64,000 nt of DNA from an uncultured virus (IMG/VR IMGVR_UViG_3300037400_005412) (IMGVR_UViG_3300037400_005412), one strand, 5' to 3'. Shown: positions 24,208 to 37,702, counted from the stretch's first letter. Notes: generated from the letters alone by a model not told the origin. A program made the numbers and translations.

Positions 24208-24951
24208 ATGCCAAAAGCCTATGATTTAACAAATTAGCGTTTTGGTAAATTAGTAGCACAATATAAATGTAATTATAAAAAAGGAAATAAATATCCTTGG
24301 CATTGTATTTGTGATTGCGGCAATGAAGTAGATGTAAGAACACAAGATTTGACTAGCGGTAAAACGACATCTTGTGGTTGCTTATAGAAAGAAATTGTTC
24401 GTTAGATTGGTAAAAAAACAAGTCAAATAAATTTTAAACATGAGTATAAAGATATTACTAATCAACGCTTTGGTTTTTTAGTTGCTTTAAAGAGACTTGA
24501 AAATAAAGGATTGGGTAAGTGGCTATGCCAATGTGATTGTGGAAATATGACTATAGTTCGTATTAATGATTTAACTTCAGGAAATACAACTTCTTGTGGT
24601 TGTATTCGTTCAAAAGGACAATTAAAAATTAGTCAATTATTAAATTAGTATAATATCCCATTTGAAACTGAAAAAAGTTTTGAAACAAGTTATTATAAGA
24701 ATACTAAAAATTTTTTCCGTTTTGATTTTTATGTCAATAATGAATATATTATTGAATATGATGGTATTCAACATTTTAAAGAAAATAATTTTTTTCCAAT
24801 ATCTTTAAGAGAACAACAAATGAGAGATTAGGAAAAAAATGAATGGTGTAAAAATAATAATATACCTTTAATTAGAATTCCATATAAATAGTTTGATAAA
24901 ATAACAATTCAAGATTTATTATTAGTAACAAGTGGTTTTATTATAAAATAA
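24208..24951 (+). CDS. Free-standing putative homing endonuclease (WxCxCDCG Zn repeats plus Vsr/DUF559-like nuclease)
   Basis: DLTNQRFGKL...WHCICDCG...TTSCGC twice; RFDFY...IEYDGIQH...LIRIPY. Confidence 0.75.
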
Positions 24952-24992
24952 ATAAAATATTAAATATTACAAATAAAGGAGATTATATTATT

Positions 24993-25259
24993 ATGGCTAT
25001 GAAGGAAAATTCAAAATCTGTATTAAATTATTTAAAGAGTGTTAATGGTTCTGACGTTACTGCTGCTGATGTAGCTGATGCTCTCGGTCTTGAGAAGCGC
25101 TAGGTAGACGGTATCTTTACAAGTGCTATTCAGCGCAAGGGTCTTGGTGTTCGTGTTCCTGCTGAAATTGAGCTTGATGATGGAACTCATCGCGCCATCA
25201 AATTCCTAAAGCTTACTGATGCTGGTATGGCATTTGATCCTGACGCAGTTGAAGAGTAA
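24993..25259 (+). CDS. Small winged-helix DNA-binding protein
   Basis: VTAADVADALGLEKRQVDGIFTSAIQRKGLG; strong SD; one TAG. Confidence 0.6.
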
Positions 25260-25358
25260 TTTTTGGACAAACTGATTAAGTTTCTTAATAACAAAAAATA
25301 AAATAAGTGAGAGAAAAAACTCTCACTTATTTTAATATAAAGGAGTAACTTAATCTTA

Positions 25359-26186
25359 ATGTACAATTTTTTAAATTTTGAATTAACAAAAGAAAAAATA
25401 AAAGAAATTAATTAGTTAGAATTTTGTGATAAAAAATCTAGAATAGATTTAACTGGTTAGATTTTCCATAGATTAACAGTGCTTGGGCGTGGACCTGATT
25501 ATATTAGTCCATCAGGTAAAAGAAGCGCTTAGTGGTGGTGTATCTGTAGTTGTCCAGAGCATAAAATTATTTTAGTAAGGTCTAATAATTTAAAATCTGG
25601 TAACACAAAGTCATGTGGTTGTTGGAAATCAGAACAATCTAGAAAACATATCATGGAAGTAGGACATTCTATGGCGCATGATATTAGTAATCAAGTTTTT
25701 GGTGAATTAACGGCGCTTGAACCTACTAATGGAAGAAGAAATAATAGCGTAATTTGGAAATGTCGTTGTTCTTGTGGTAAAATACATTATGTAAGTTTAC
25801 ATGACTTAAATAATCATAGAATAGAATCTTGTGGGCATACTTATGAGTCAAAAGGAATTAGAAAAATTAAAAAAATTCTTAATGAAAATAATATTCCATA
25901 TACTACAGAAAAATGTTTTTCAACTTGTAAATTTCCAGATTCTAATGCTTCAGCACGATTTGATTTTTATATTAATGATTCTTTTTTATTAGAATATGAC
26001 GGTGAACAACATTATTATGAACAAGATTTAAATTTTTTCAAAGATTCTTTATTACAAAGACAATAGCATGATTTATATAAAAATCAATGGTGTAAAGAAA
26101 ATAATATTTCATTAAAAAGAATTCCTTATTGGGAATTAAATAATATAACTCTTGAAACCATAATGGGTGATAAATACTTAATATGA
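25359..26186 (+). CDS. Second free-standing putative homing endonuclease, paralogous to 24208..24951
   Basis: DLTGQIFHRL...WWCICSC, WKCRCSCG, RFDFY...LEYDGEQH...RIPYW. Confidence 0.75.
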
Positions 26187-27268
26187 TAATTATAATTGTA
26201 GTTGGAGTAATTTGTCTTTTTATTGGTTTTTTGACAAATTATTTTATAAGAACTACATAGGTTAAGAAAAAAAACCAAGAATTAGAAAAAGAAGAACAAT
26301 AGCTTCAATTAGATATCAAAAAGTTAGAAAATACCTATTTAATAAAAAAAAATTAGTTGGAAGAAGATTATAAATAGCAAGAAAAAATATATCAAAAAAA
26401 TCTTTAGTTTCAATAGAATGAAATTGATTAGAATAAATTAAATTGGTTAAAAGAAGAATCTAATTTAAAAATTAATTTATCAAGTCTTAATAGTTAGATT
26501 GAAGAAAAAAGAAAATCAATTAATGAATTAGATGATTAGACTAAAACGGCAATAAAATTAGTTGAAGAACAAGTGATAAATAATATGTCTAATACAGTTG
26601 AATCATAGAGTAAAAATTTATATTAGACATATGAAAAATTAGAAAGTGAATTAAAAATTCATTATACTGATTTAGCTGATGAATTATATGGACAATTCCA
26701 AAAGCAAGATGAACAATTAACTAATTTAATTATTCAAAAAGAAAATGAATTAAATTAGCTTGCGGCAAAAGCTAAAGCTGCTGTTGAATCTAATAAAAGA
26801 ATGGAATTAGAAAAATAGTAGAAAGATTTTTATCGCTTACAACTTACAGATATAGATTTAGAAGAAATAAAAAAGATACGTTCTATTGAACCTTATTTAA
26901 GAAAAAAAGAACCTTTAAATAAAGTTATATGGAAAGTCTATTATGAAAAGCCATATACAGATTTAATTGGTAGAGTAGTTGGTTCAGGCATACATATTGG
27001 TATTTATAAAATTACTAATTTAGAAAATAATATGGTCTATATAGGACAAAGTACAAATATAGCTGAACGATGGAAGCAACATATTAAAAGAGGAATTGGC
27101 GCTGACCCGCCTACATAGAATAAACTTTATCCTGCTATGATATCTATTGGAGTAGAAAATTTTACTTTTGAAATAATTGAAGAATGTGCTGCTAATCTTT
27201 TAAATGAAAGAGAAGATTATTGGCAAAAATTCTATCAAGCAAAGGAATTTGGGTATAGTATAAAATGA
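26183..27268 (+). CDS. TM anchor + long coiled coil + C-terminal GIY-YIG nuclease domain (361 aa)
   Basis: MIIIIVVGVICLFIGFL; Q/E/K-rich heptads with many TAG; GIYKITN...VYIGQS...RWKQH...ERE. Confidence 0.7.
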
Positions 27269-27549
27269 TTAGAATTATTAATAATAGAGGAACTGGAAAA
27301 ACTAGTTAGCTTATGTTATTGGCTAAAGAAAACAATGCTATATTTGTTTGTAGCAATCCAAGAGCAATGGAATATAAAGCCAAGGCATATGGAATAGATG
27401 GGCTACATTTTATTTCTTATGGAGAATTTTTAAATGAACCTATTTTATCTAAAGAAGGTAATTATGTAATTGATGAAATAGAATAGTTTTTAAAAGACGC
27501 TTTCTTTTATAATTCACATTTAATAGGATATACTTTAAGTGAAGAATAA
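27265..27549 (+). CDS. Minimal P-loop protein
   Basis: RGTGKT and YVIDE within 94 aa. Confidence 0.55.
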
Positions 27550-27612
27550 TTTGATTTTTATAAAAAAAAATGGTATAATTATTATAGAAAAAAATATGAA
27601 AGAGAGTTTTTT

Positions 27613-27978
27613 ATGAAACAAGAATTTCTAAATTTTGTAGAATCTTTAATGAATGCTAATCCTGATTTAACTAAACAACTTATGACAGATGATATTTAGG
27701 CTTATCTTAATATTCTAAAAGATATTAAAGATGAAAAACCTCAGTTAACTGAAAATGGTAAATTAATTTTAAAATATTTACAAAATAATCAAGATGTAAG
27801 ACTTTGGAAAGCTAAAGACTTGGCCGAACAAATTGGTATTTCTTCACGTGGGACATCGGGCGCTATGAGGAAATTAGTAAATGATGGCTTCTGTGAAAAA
27901 ATTGGTTAGGACCCTGTAATTTATACTTTAACTGAAAAAGGTAAGAATTTTGAAATTATTGAAGGAGAAAATGAATAA
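27613..27978 (+). CDS. Winged-helix (MarR-like) DNA-binding protein
   Basis: KAKDLAEQIGISSRGTSGAMRKLVNDGF...YTLTEKG. Confidence 0.7.
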
Positions 27979-27980
27979 TT

Positions 27981-28931
27981 ATGAAAAAGTAGATGAAAAA
28001 TAATACACATATTGAAGGGTTCCTTTATCAGCATAATCTTCAAGCAAAAGTAAGTGGTGAAAAATCTAAGAATCCTGGTACTCAATTTATTAATGGTACA
28101 ATTGATATTGCTACTGATGATGCAATGACTAATATTGTTACAGTGCATTTCTCATATGTAACTCCCACTTACGCTAAAAGTGGTAGCGCAAATGCTACTT
28201 ATACTGCTCTACAAAATATTATTAATGGTGTAACTCCTAATGTAATGGAGCATGGTGCAGATAGAGCAGCAAAAATTCGCATTGATTCTCAAATTGGTGT
28301 AAATGAATTTTATTCTAATAGAAATGGAACAGATGAACTTGTTTCTTAGAAGAGAAATGAAGGCGGATTTGTCCATGTTGTACAAAATGTTGCAGCATCT
28401 GAAGGTCTCCGTGATACTTTTATTGCTGATATGATTATTACTAAGACTATTAGATAGGAAGCAGATCCTGATAACAATAAAGAAGAAAAGATGATTGTCA
28501 GTGGTTATGTATTTGATTTCCGCAATGCTCTTCTTCCTGTTGATTTTATGGTTTATGCTCCTGCTGGCATGGATATGTTTGAATCTTATGAAGCTAGCGA
28601 AAAGCATCCAGTATTTGTTGAAGTTTAGGGACATCAAGTTTCTAAGACTGTAACTAGAACTCGTATTTCTGAAAGTACTGGTGGTTGGGGTGAACCTGTT
28701 GCTCAAGAAGTCACTTCTTCTCAAAGAGAATTTGTTATCTCTCGTGTAAGCGATCCATATGAATGGGATACCGAGGAAACTATTACTGCTACTGAATATC
28801 AGGCTGCTCTTCAGGCTCGTGAAATTACTAAAGCTGAGATTAAGCAACGCCAAGATGAGTATAATGCTACTCGTAATCAGACCCAGGCTCCTGCTGCTGT
28901 CGCTGGTGGAGCTAATGGATTCAACTTCTAA
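27981..28931 (+). CDS. Putative single-stranded DNA-binding protein (code 15)
   Basis: Continuous frame through TAGs; flexible tail ending GFNF*; adjacent to the Sak4-like ATPase. Confidence 0.55.
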
Positions 28932-28950
28932 TTAATAGGGGGAAAAATCT

Positions 28951-29949
28951 ATGGCTATTAATCTTTTAAATATTTAGCCCCACAAAGTTAGCCGTGATCT
29001 TTCTGGTTATATTACTTTTATTTATGGACCGCCAAAGGTAGGTAAAACTACCTTGGCGACCTAGATGCCAGGAGCTCTTCTCCTAGCCTTTGAAAAAGGA
29101 TACTCTGCTTTGCCAGGTGTTATTGCCCAAGATATTACTACTTGGGGTGAAATGAAATAGGTTTATCGTGAATTAAAGAAACCAGAAGTATAGGAAGTAT
29201 ATAAGACTATTGTTGTTGATACAGTAGATATCGCCGCTGATCTTTGTCAAAAGTATATTTGTAATCAGCTAGGTATCGATAATATGGGCGACGGTGGTTG
29301 GGGAACCAACAGTTGGAGTAAATATAAAAAAGAATTTGAAGATGTTTTTCGTGGACTTACTATGATGGGCTATGCTGTTATCTTTATTAGTCATTCTAAA
29401 ACTGGTACTGATAAAGATTAGAATGGTAGAGAGTATGGGTTTACAAAACCAACCACTCAATCTTCAGCTCTTCAAATTATTGAAAATATGGCAGACTTAT
29501 ATTGTTATGCTCGTTCTTATGTAGATACCAATGGCGATGAAAAAAGAGTTTTGACACTTCGTTCTCCTGCTGGCTCTGGAATTTCTTGTGGAAGTCGTTT
29601 TAGATATATTGCTCCTGAAGTCCCTCTTAATTATGAAGCTTTAACTAAAGCTTTAACTGAAGCAATTGATGCTGAAGCCAAAGAACATGGTAATCAGTAT
29701 GTTACAAATGAGAGAGAAGCTACTCCTGTTGTTAAAGATTATGATTTTGATGCATTAATGATTAAATTTGAAGAATTAGTCGGTAAGTTAATGAATAAAG
29801 ACCAGGCATATTATGCTCCTAGACTTACTCAAATTATTGAAAAATATCTAGGTAAAGGTAAAAAAGTTGCCCAGGCTACTCGTGATCAAGCAGAACTTAT
29901 ATATTTAATTATTAGTGAAATTGAAGATGAATTAATTAATAAACAATAA
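28951..29949 (+). CDS. AAA_24 / Sak4-like ATPase (recombination)
   Basis: YGPPKVGKTT, AFEKGY, IVVDTVD, FISH. Confidence 0.8.
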
Positions 29950-30039
29950 TTAAAAAAGTCAAGTTTAAATAAACTTGACTTTTTTAAATTTTTATGTTAT
30001 AATAAATATATAAAAATAATAGTTAAAGGATTGTTGCGA

Positions 30040-30729
30040 ATGGCAACTGTAACTTGTAAATATTGTAAAGTTAAATTTAATAGAGAAAAAGAAATTTTTG
30101 TTTAGATTCCGCCAAAAACAGGAGGAGTTCGATTTAGTTATGCCCATGGTGATTGTTATAAAAAAGCTATAGCAGATGGGACTGAATAGAGAGTAGGATT
30201 AAAAATATGGGATCCTAATGAATCAACAACTTGTTTTTGGTGTCATGCCGCAATATATACATATGATGAAAATGTAATTCAAATGCCACAATTACCAAAT
30301 AGATATGTACATAAGAAATGTAATGAAATACATCCATAGGATGATAAAGAAGAATTAATGCTTTATATTATTAAATTATTTAAATTAAAAGAAGATTATA
30401 TTCTTCCTAAATATATGAAACAAATTAATAGTTATGCTAAAGATTATAATTTTTCTTATAGCGGTATGTTAAAAGCGTTAAAATATTGGTATGAAGTAAA
30501 ATAGCATCCTGTTGATTTAAGTAGAGGTGTTGGTATTATAATTACAGCATATAAGCCAGCTTATGATTATTACTATGCTTTATATTTATCTCAATAGGAA
30601 AATGAAAAAAAAGATTTTAATAAATATATCCCACAAGATATAAATATAAAAATTGTACCACCAGAACGTTAGATACCAAAGCGCAAATTATTTACATTTT
30701 TAGATAAGGATGAAATAAATGACGAGTAA
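30040..30729 (+). CDS. Zn-binding protein upstream of the helicase (possible loader/replication factor)
   Basis: CKYC...HGDC, CFWC...HKKC; continuous under code 15. Confidence 0.55.
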
Positions 30730-33405
30730 ATATATAGACATCCCTAGTATTATTTAGGTAATTGGGTGCGTATTTAATTCACCATAGCTATTGGATTATA
30801 CTGATAAATATACAATAGTTGATGATGATTTTACAGATGATTTTCATAAAATAATTTTTGGAAGTATTTATAAATTACATGAGTTAGGGGCAGAACGTAT
30901 TACATTAAATAGTATTGCAGATTACTTAAGTTCTCGCCCCAAAAGTGAAGCTATTTTTATTAAACAAAAAGGTGAAGAATGGCTTATTAAAGCTAGTGAA
31001 AATGCGGAGCCAGCTTCATTTGATTATTATTATAATCGAATGAAAAAAATGACTTTACTGCGTATGTTTGATCTTAATGGCATTAGTGTTAAAGATATAT
31101 ATGATCCTGATAATATAATAGATTTAAAAAAACGTCAAGAGTAGGAAGATTTTTTTGATAATACATCAATTCAAGGATTAGCTGATATAATACAAGATAA
31201 ATTAGATGTTATTAAAGCAGACTATGTCGATGGCTCTTGGGGTGAAAGTTATCAAGCAGCAGATGGTATTGATAATTTAATCACAGATTTAGAAAAAAAT
31301 CCAGAAGTAGGAATTCCATTATATGGACCACTTATTAATACAGTAACTAGAGGCGCAAGATTAAAAAAATTTTATTTACGAAGTGCGCCTACTGGTGTAG
31401 GAAAAACTCGTATGATGGTTGGTGATACTTGCTATATTGGATGTGATAAAATCTATGATGATATATTTGGATGGATTTCTTCTGGAGTAAAGCAACCTGT
31501 TTTATATATTACCACAGAACAAGAATTAACGGAAGTTCAAACTATGATGTTAGCTTTTATTTCTAATGTTGATGAAGAACATATTTTAAATGGACAATAT
31601 ATAGGAGATGAAAAAGAAAGAGTATTAGAAGCAAGTAAATTACTTAAAGAATCTTCTATTAGAATTGAAGTATTGTCTGATTTTTCTCTTTAGGATGTTG
31701 AAAATAAAATAAAGAAAAATATCAGAGATTATGATATTAAGTATGTTTTTCATGATTACATACATACTAGTTTAAAAATTCTTGAAGAAATTACTCGTCG
31801 TACAGGTGGTATTAAGTTAAGAGAAGATACTATTCTTTTTATGTTATCAATTAGATTAAAAGATCTATGTAATAAATATGGTATATTTATTATGTCGGCA
31901 ACACAATTAAATAGTGATTATCAAACTAGTGAAACTCCAGACCAGAATCTTTTACGGGGTGCTAAGAGTATTGCTGATTGGACAAATTTTTATAAAGTAT
32001 TAATTATAGTTTTTATATTAGATGTAAGTATTATTCCTAAATCTAATATAGGAGCGATAAAGTTATGAAAAGAATTGAATTTACTTAGGAGCAATTACAA
32101 GAAATTATAGTTTTATATAATAATTAGGAATCATTAAAGAATATTGGAGATAAATTTGATGTTTCAAGAACTGTGATAAAAAGGGTATTAGAAGAACAAA
32201 ATATCCAATTAAGAAAAAGAACTTTATCTCATAAAGGAGATTATTCAATATTCCATAATATTGATAATCCAGAAAAAGCATATTGGTTAGGTTTTTTAGC
32301 AGCAGATGGTTGTAATTATCGTAGAGAGCAAAATGCTACAATCTTAATTAATATTCATCAAAAAGATAGAAAACATTTAGAGAAATTTTTAAACTTTTCT
32401 AAATGTGACCATAAAATAAATGATTATACAGCAGCTAATGGTTTTTCTAATAACACTTTAATGAGTAAAGTTTAGATTTATAGTATAGAAATGTCAAATG
32501 ATTTAGTTCTACATGGGGTGCCTCCAAAAAAAAGTTTAATACTTAAACCTCCTAACATTGATGAATAGTATTATCTTCCATATATTTGTGGATATTTTGA
32601 TGGAGATGGAAGTATTAGTAAAACTTCACAATATAATAATTATTCAATAAGTATTCAAGGGACAAAAGAAATATTAGAATGGATAAATTCAATTTTAAAT
32701 ATTTCTAAAAAATTAGAAACTCGTAACAAAAATAATTAGAATAGTTATTATATTAGATGTGGAGGTACAACAAAACCTTATAAAATTCTTAATCAATTAT
32801 ATAATTCTTGTGAAACTCATTTAGATAGAAAATATGAACTTTATAAAAATTTAGAAACAGTCGTCCTAAATAGAAATATTTAGTGATTATTATCTCGTGA
32901 ATTGCTGGAAAACCCTTAGAGTTTATAATACTACAACATAAGGATGAAATAAACCTAAATGTGAAAGTTTAAAAAATTATAAAATTGGGCAATCAGCAGC
33001 CAAGTCCCGAATAGGGAAAGGTTCAACGACTAACCAGTAGCGTGGTGTAGGAAAATTCTTCCGAAGTGCGAGACACCTAAAAAATATTAATTTCAAGGTG
33101 AAGATATAGTCTACTCCTTATAGAAATATAAGGTAGAAAGGAAAATTGATGTTGGAATGATTGCTTTACCGGTTCAACGTGATGATATAGAAGAACTTGC
33201 TCGTATTTTAAATAATACAAATTTTGAACGCCCTAATTTAAAAATTTCAATATATAAAAATAGACGCGGCAGATATAAAGGAATTTATCTTTGGTGTAAA
33301 GCTGATTTAGGCACTTGCCGTGTTCAACCGATGTTCGCTACTACATATACTTATGAATTAGTTCAAATAAATAATTTAAAAATAGAAACAGTTGATTAGT
33401 TTTAA
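30719..33405 (+). CDS. dnaB: Replicative DnaB-like helicase; exons 30719-31978 and 33142-33405
   Basis: RSAPTGVGKTR, ITTEQ, HDYIH, SATQLN; spliced junction GAKSIAD|KIDVGMI; KNRRG. Confidence 0.85.
31979..33141 (+). ncRNA. Group I intron in dnaB
   Basis: Exon ends in U, intron ends in G; P GAATTGCTGGAA 32899, Q AATCAGCAG 32991, R GTTCAACGACTA 33021, S AAGATATAGTCT 33101. Confidence 0.9.
32065..32886 (+). CDS. Intron-encoded LAGLIDADG homing endonuclease with N-terminal HTH
   Basis: KAYWLGFLAADG and YICGYFDGDGSI; several TAG. Confidence 0.85.
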
Positions 33406-33417
33406 GGAGATTTAATT

Positions 33418-33633
33418 ATGTCTAAAAAAATTGAAAATGAAAGTAAAACTATTTGGTCCAAGCCTTCTTATAGTGAAATTGAATATGAAATGTCAAAAGA
33501 ACTTGCTAAACAAATTCTTGCTACTCGTAAAGGAGCGGATTAGAATATGCATCCGCAAGAATATCTTAAAAAAGTAGTAAATGAAGAATTTGGCTTAAAA
33601 GGATATTGTACCAATGTAATTGTTCTTGCATAA
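33418..33633 (+). CDS. Hypothetical protein (one TAG)
   Basis: SD AAGGAG; open to TAA. Confidence 0.55.
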
Positions 33634-33672
33634 TAGAATTGGTTTTTACCAATTCTATTAAAATATATTATT

Positions 33673-34773
33673 ATGATTACTTATAATAAAAAAGAAATTC
33701 GCTCTAAACTTCATATAGATGATATATTTTCTCTATTAGAAGAATGGGGCGGAGAGCCAGGATACACAGAATTTGGTCTATTAAGTTCTACAATATGCCA
33801 CAATTTACCAGGAGAAGGTAGCAGAAAATTATATTATTATTAGAATACAGATTTGTTTACTTGCTGGACTGGCTGCGGAGCTAGCTTCGATATTTTTGAA
33901 CTTTTAATTAAAGTAGCCCATATCCAATGGAATAAAGATTATGATTTAAATGATGCTGTTAGATATATTGCTATACGTTTTGGTTTAGCAGGATATGTCG
34001 AATTAGATGAGCAAGATAGTTTATCAGATTGGAAAACTCTTGACTCATATGACCGTATCACTAAATTAGAAGTAAAAGATTACCGAGTTGATTTGAAATC
34101 TTATGATGATTCTATTTTAAAAAATTTAAATTATAATGTACGAATAAAACCTTGGGAAGATGAAGGTATTTCTCGTGAAGTTATGCGTAAAACACACATT
34201 GGATACTTTCCACCAACTGGGCAAATTACAATTCCACATTATGATAAAAATAATAATTTTATAGGTTTGCGCGGGCGCACATTAGTAAAAGAAGATGCTG
34301 AAAGATATGGCAAATATAGACCAATGGTTATTGGGCGCAAGCAATATAATCATCCTCTTGGAATGAATTTATATAATTTAAATAATTCAAAAGATAATAT
34401 AAAATTATCTAAAATGGCAATAGTCTTTGAAGGAGAAAAAAGTTCACTCCTTTATCAATCTTATTTTGGAATAGATAATGATATATCTGTAGCTTGTTGT
34501 GGTTCAAATATTTCAGCATATCAAGTTTAGTTACTTTTAGATGCTGGCGCTAAAGAAATGGTAATAGCATTTGATAGATAGTGGAAGGAAAAGTTCGATA
34601 ATGAATATAATCATTGGACTCATAATTTAGAAAAATTAAATGAACGTTTTAAAAATTATATAGATATAAGTATTATTTATGATAGAAATATGATTACAGG
34701 ATATAAGATGGCGCCCATAGATTGTGGTTTAGATATTTTTATGAAATTATGGAAAGAAAGGATTAAATTATGA
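33673..34773 (+). CDS. dnaG: DNA primase (CHC2 Zn finger plus TOPRIM)
   Basis: TICHN...CWTGCG, IPHYD, GLRGR, VFEGEKS, IAFDRQ. Confidence 0.8.
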
Positions 34774-35045
34774 TAAAAAATGAAGAAATATTAGTAAAAT
34801 GTTCAAAATATATTATTTACTGTGATAAATGTCAAAAAGAGTTGGCGGTTGAAATTAAGGATGATAAAGGATTTACCGTAATGTCAAAAAGTCATTATGA
34901 TTAGAGATATTATAGTTTTTATCCAATCCGTTATTATGATGAACAATTTTTTCCAAGACAAAATAAAAATTATTGTGCTATTTGTTTTAAAGAAGAATAG
35001 AAAAAAATTTTAGATAAATTAAAAATATATATTGAAGAGATTTAA
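34770..35045 (+). CDS. Zn-ribbon hypothetical protein
   Basis: CDKC...CAIC; code 15. Confidence 0.5.
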
Positions 35046-35084
35046 TGAATAAAGATTTAAAATTTAGAATGAAAGGATTTAGTT

Positions 35085-35516
35085 ATGAATTTTATTAATT
35101 GGTGTAATCATTTAGATTATATAAAAGATTTTTAGGATAATTATTATCAAAAATTAATTAATGAAAATGATGAAGATGAAATTATTTTTAATTTTTATAA
35201 TGGTTATATAATGGCTATTAGTGAAGATTTGGTTGGAGAAGAAGTCGGTGACATTTACTATGGTGAAAATAGTAATTTTTGGGTAGATTATTTAGTGGAA
35301 GACTTTCTTAATTATGGATATTGTTTAGTTCCCATTATTATACAAAATAATAGAGACATTCCAGAAATAGAATCTGAACTAGATTATAGTCAAGGAATTA
35401 GATTAAGTAATAAAGAAGAATTGTTTAATTTTATTACTACTGGAGTATTGCCTAATCGTGAAAAAGAACCTATAAAACAAGGGATGGCAATTAGAAGAAA
35501 TATAGAACATAAATAA
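35085..35516 (+). CDS. Hypothetical protein
   Basis: Track ORF extended 5' through a TAG. Confidence 0.5.
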
Positions 35517-35517
35517 T

Positions 35518-35826
35518 ATGATAGGAAATATTTATTATAAAACGCAAAGAAAAAGTTATGAACTATTTCAAAAAATATTTGAATCATATAAGCAAGCTGG
35601 ATTAGTTACAAATAATCCATTAGATATAAAGTATTCTCGTTATAATTGTGAAGGGCATTTCGCAAATGGAGATATATGGCGTACTATACGAATAGGAGAT
35701 AGCACTAGAGGTTATCGATGGGATACTGCTTATATAGATAATGATATAAACACTGATGATATTTTTAGATACATAGCTCCTTATTGTTTACATAATCCTT
35801 GGATACATCATACTATGTATTATTAA
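35518..35826 (+). CDS. Hypothetical protein
   Basis: Track ORF. Confidence 0.5.
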   Translation: MIGNIYYKTQRKSYELFQKIFESYKQAGLVTNNPLDIKYSRYNCEGHFANGDIWRTIRIGDSTRGYRWDTAYIDNDINTDDIFRYIAPYCLHNPWIHHTMYY

Positions 35827-35856
35827 TAATTAGTATGGAAATGAGTGAATAGATAA

Positions 35857-37623
35857 TTGGAATATAAATTAATAGCTCCTCGAAGAGATAATACTACTTT
35901 ATTAGAATAGATATTGTTTAATCGAGGCTTTAAAACTATAGAAGATATTAACCACTATATAATGGTGGATGAAAAAGATTTATTAAATCCTTTAGATTTA
36001 GATAATATAGAAGAAGGAGCAAAATTATTAGCTAAGCATATAGCAGCAAATAGTAAAGTTCATATTATAATTGATGCAGATAATGATGGCTATGCAAGTG
36101 CAGCATTATTTTTAAATTATTTTAATCGGCATTTTCCTTCTTGGGTTTAGAATAATATTACATATTCAACACATGAAGGTAAATAGCATGGTTTAAATGA
36201 TTAGGATTTACAAGAATATTTTGCTAATGATATAAAATTAGTTATTTTACCAGACAGTGCTAGTAATGATATAAAAGAACATCAATGGTTAGCATAGCAT
36301 GGGATAGATTGTTTAGTATTAGATCATCACGAAGCAGATTGCGGATACTCTCCTTATGCTGTTGTAATTAATAATTAGTTATCAAATAATTATTAGAATA
36401 AGGCTTTATGTGGCGCTGGCATAGTATATAAGTTTTGTTGTTATTTTGATTAGATTATGAAAACTAATTATGCTATTGAATATGAAGATTTAGCAGCATT
36501 GGCAAATATTGCTGATATGATGGATATACGTGAATTTGAGACTCATTATATTATTAAAGATGGTTTATAGCGCATTCGCAACCCATTCTTTGTAGAGATG
36601 ATGAATAGACAAAAGTTTTAGTTTGAGGGTGGTATTACCCCTATTGGAATTGCTTTCTATATAGTTCCTTATATTAATGCAATGACTCGCTCTGGGACAA
36701 TGGAAGAAAAGATGTTAATGTTTGAAGCTATGCTTGAATGGAAAAGTGATTTAATGATTCCTTCCACCAAGAGAGGCTGTAAAGGTCAAATAGAGCCATT
36801 ACACGAATAGGCTGGTAGGACTTGTATAAATGTAAAAAGTAGATAGAAGCGTAGTCAAGATGCTAGTTTAGAGTATGTAGAAAATTTAATTCAAGAACAA
36901 AATTTATTAAAACATAAATTACTAATTATTCGTGTACCAGAAGATACTGTTGATAAAAATTTAGCAGGGCTTATTGCTAACTAGCTTGCGGCTAAATATG
37001 CGCGACCCACTTTAGTATTACGTATATGTGAATCTCCTGATGGTAGTATTGTTTATTCTGGATCTGGTCGAAATTATGGTAAATCTAGATTGGAAGATTT
37101 TCGAGACTTCTGTAATTAGACAGGACTGCTAGTCTTTGGATAGGGACATTCTAGCGCATTTGGATTATCGGTCAAAGCAGAAAATTTTGATTAGTTTGTA
37201 AGTGTTACTGATGAATTGCTTAAAGATTTTAATTTTTCTCCTTGTTATACTGTTGATTTAGAAGTAACTGCTGAAGAATTCACTGATTAGGAAGTATTTG
37301 CTATTGGATCAAATGCTGACTTATGGGGGCAATATCTTAACGAACCATTGATTGCCATTACTGGAATTAAGATAGATAGCGAAGGGATTTCTTATATGGG
37401 ATAGAATAAAGATACTTTAAAGCTAACATTTCCAGGTAGAAAAACTAGCATGATTAAATTTCACGTTAAAGAAGAAGATAAAATACTATTAGATCCAAAT
37501 GGTGGAACTTTAACATTAACTGCTATTGGGAAATGTAATCTAAATCATTATAATGGAAATGTAACCCCATAGATTTTATTAGAAGATTTTGAAATTACTA
37601 AACGGACACAATGGGATTTTTAA
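35857..37623 (+). CDS. recJ: RecJ-like DHH ssDNA exonuclease (code 15)
   Basis: IDADNDG, LPDS, LDHH, LCGAG, IADMM, GSGR, GHSSAFG. Confidence 0.85.
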
Positions 37624-37702
37624 GATTGGCTGCACTGATAACGCTAGTAAGATCCGACATCTAAAATTAAAATTGCTTTTGGAAATTTTTTATGTAAATG
37701 AT

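Noticed and set aside
31979..33141. Inteins as the explanation for the dnaB/dnaE/nrdD insertions
   Set aside because: The insertions break the reading frame, have separate ORF starts and carry group I core elements
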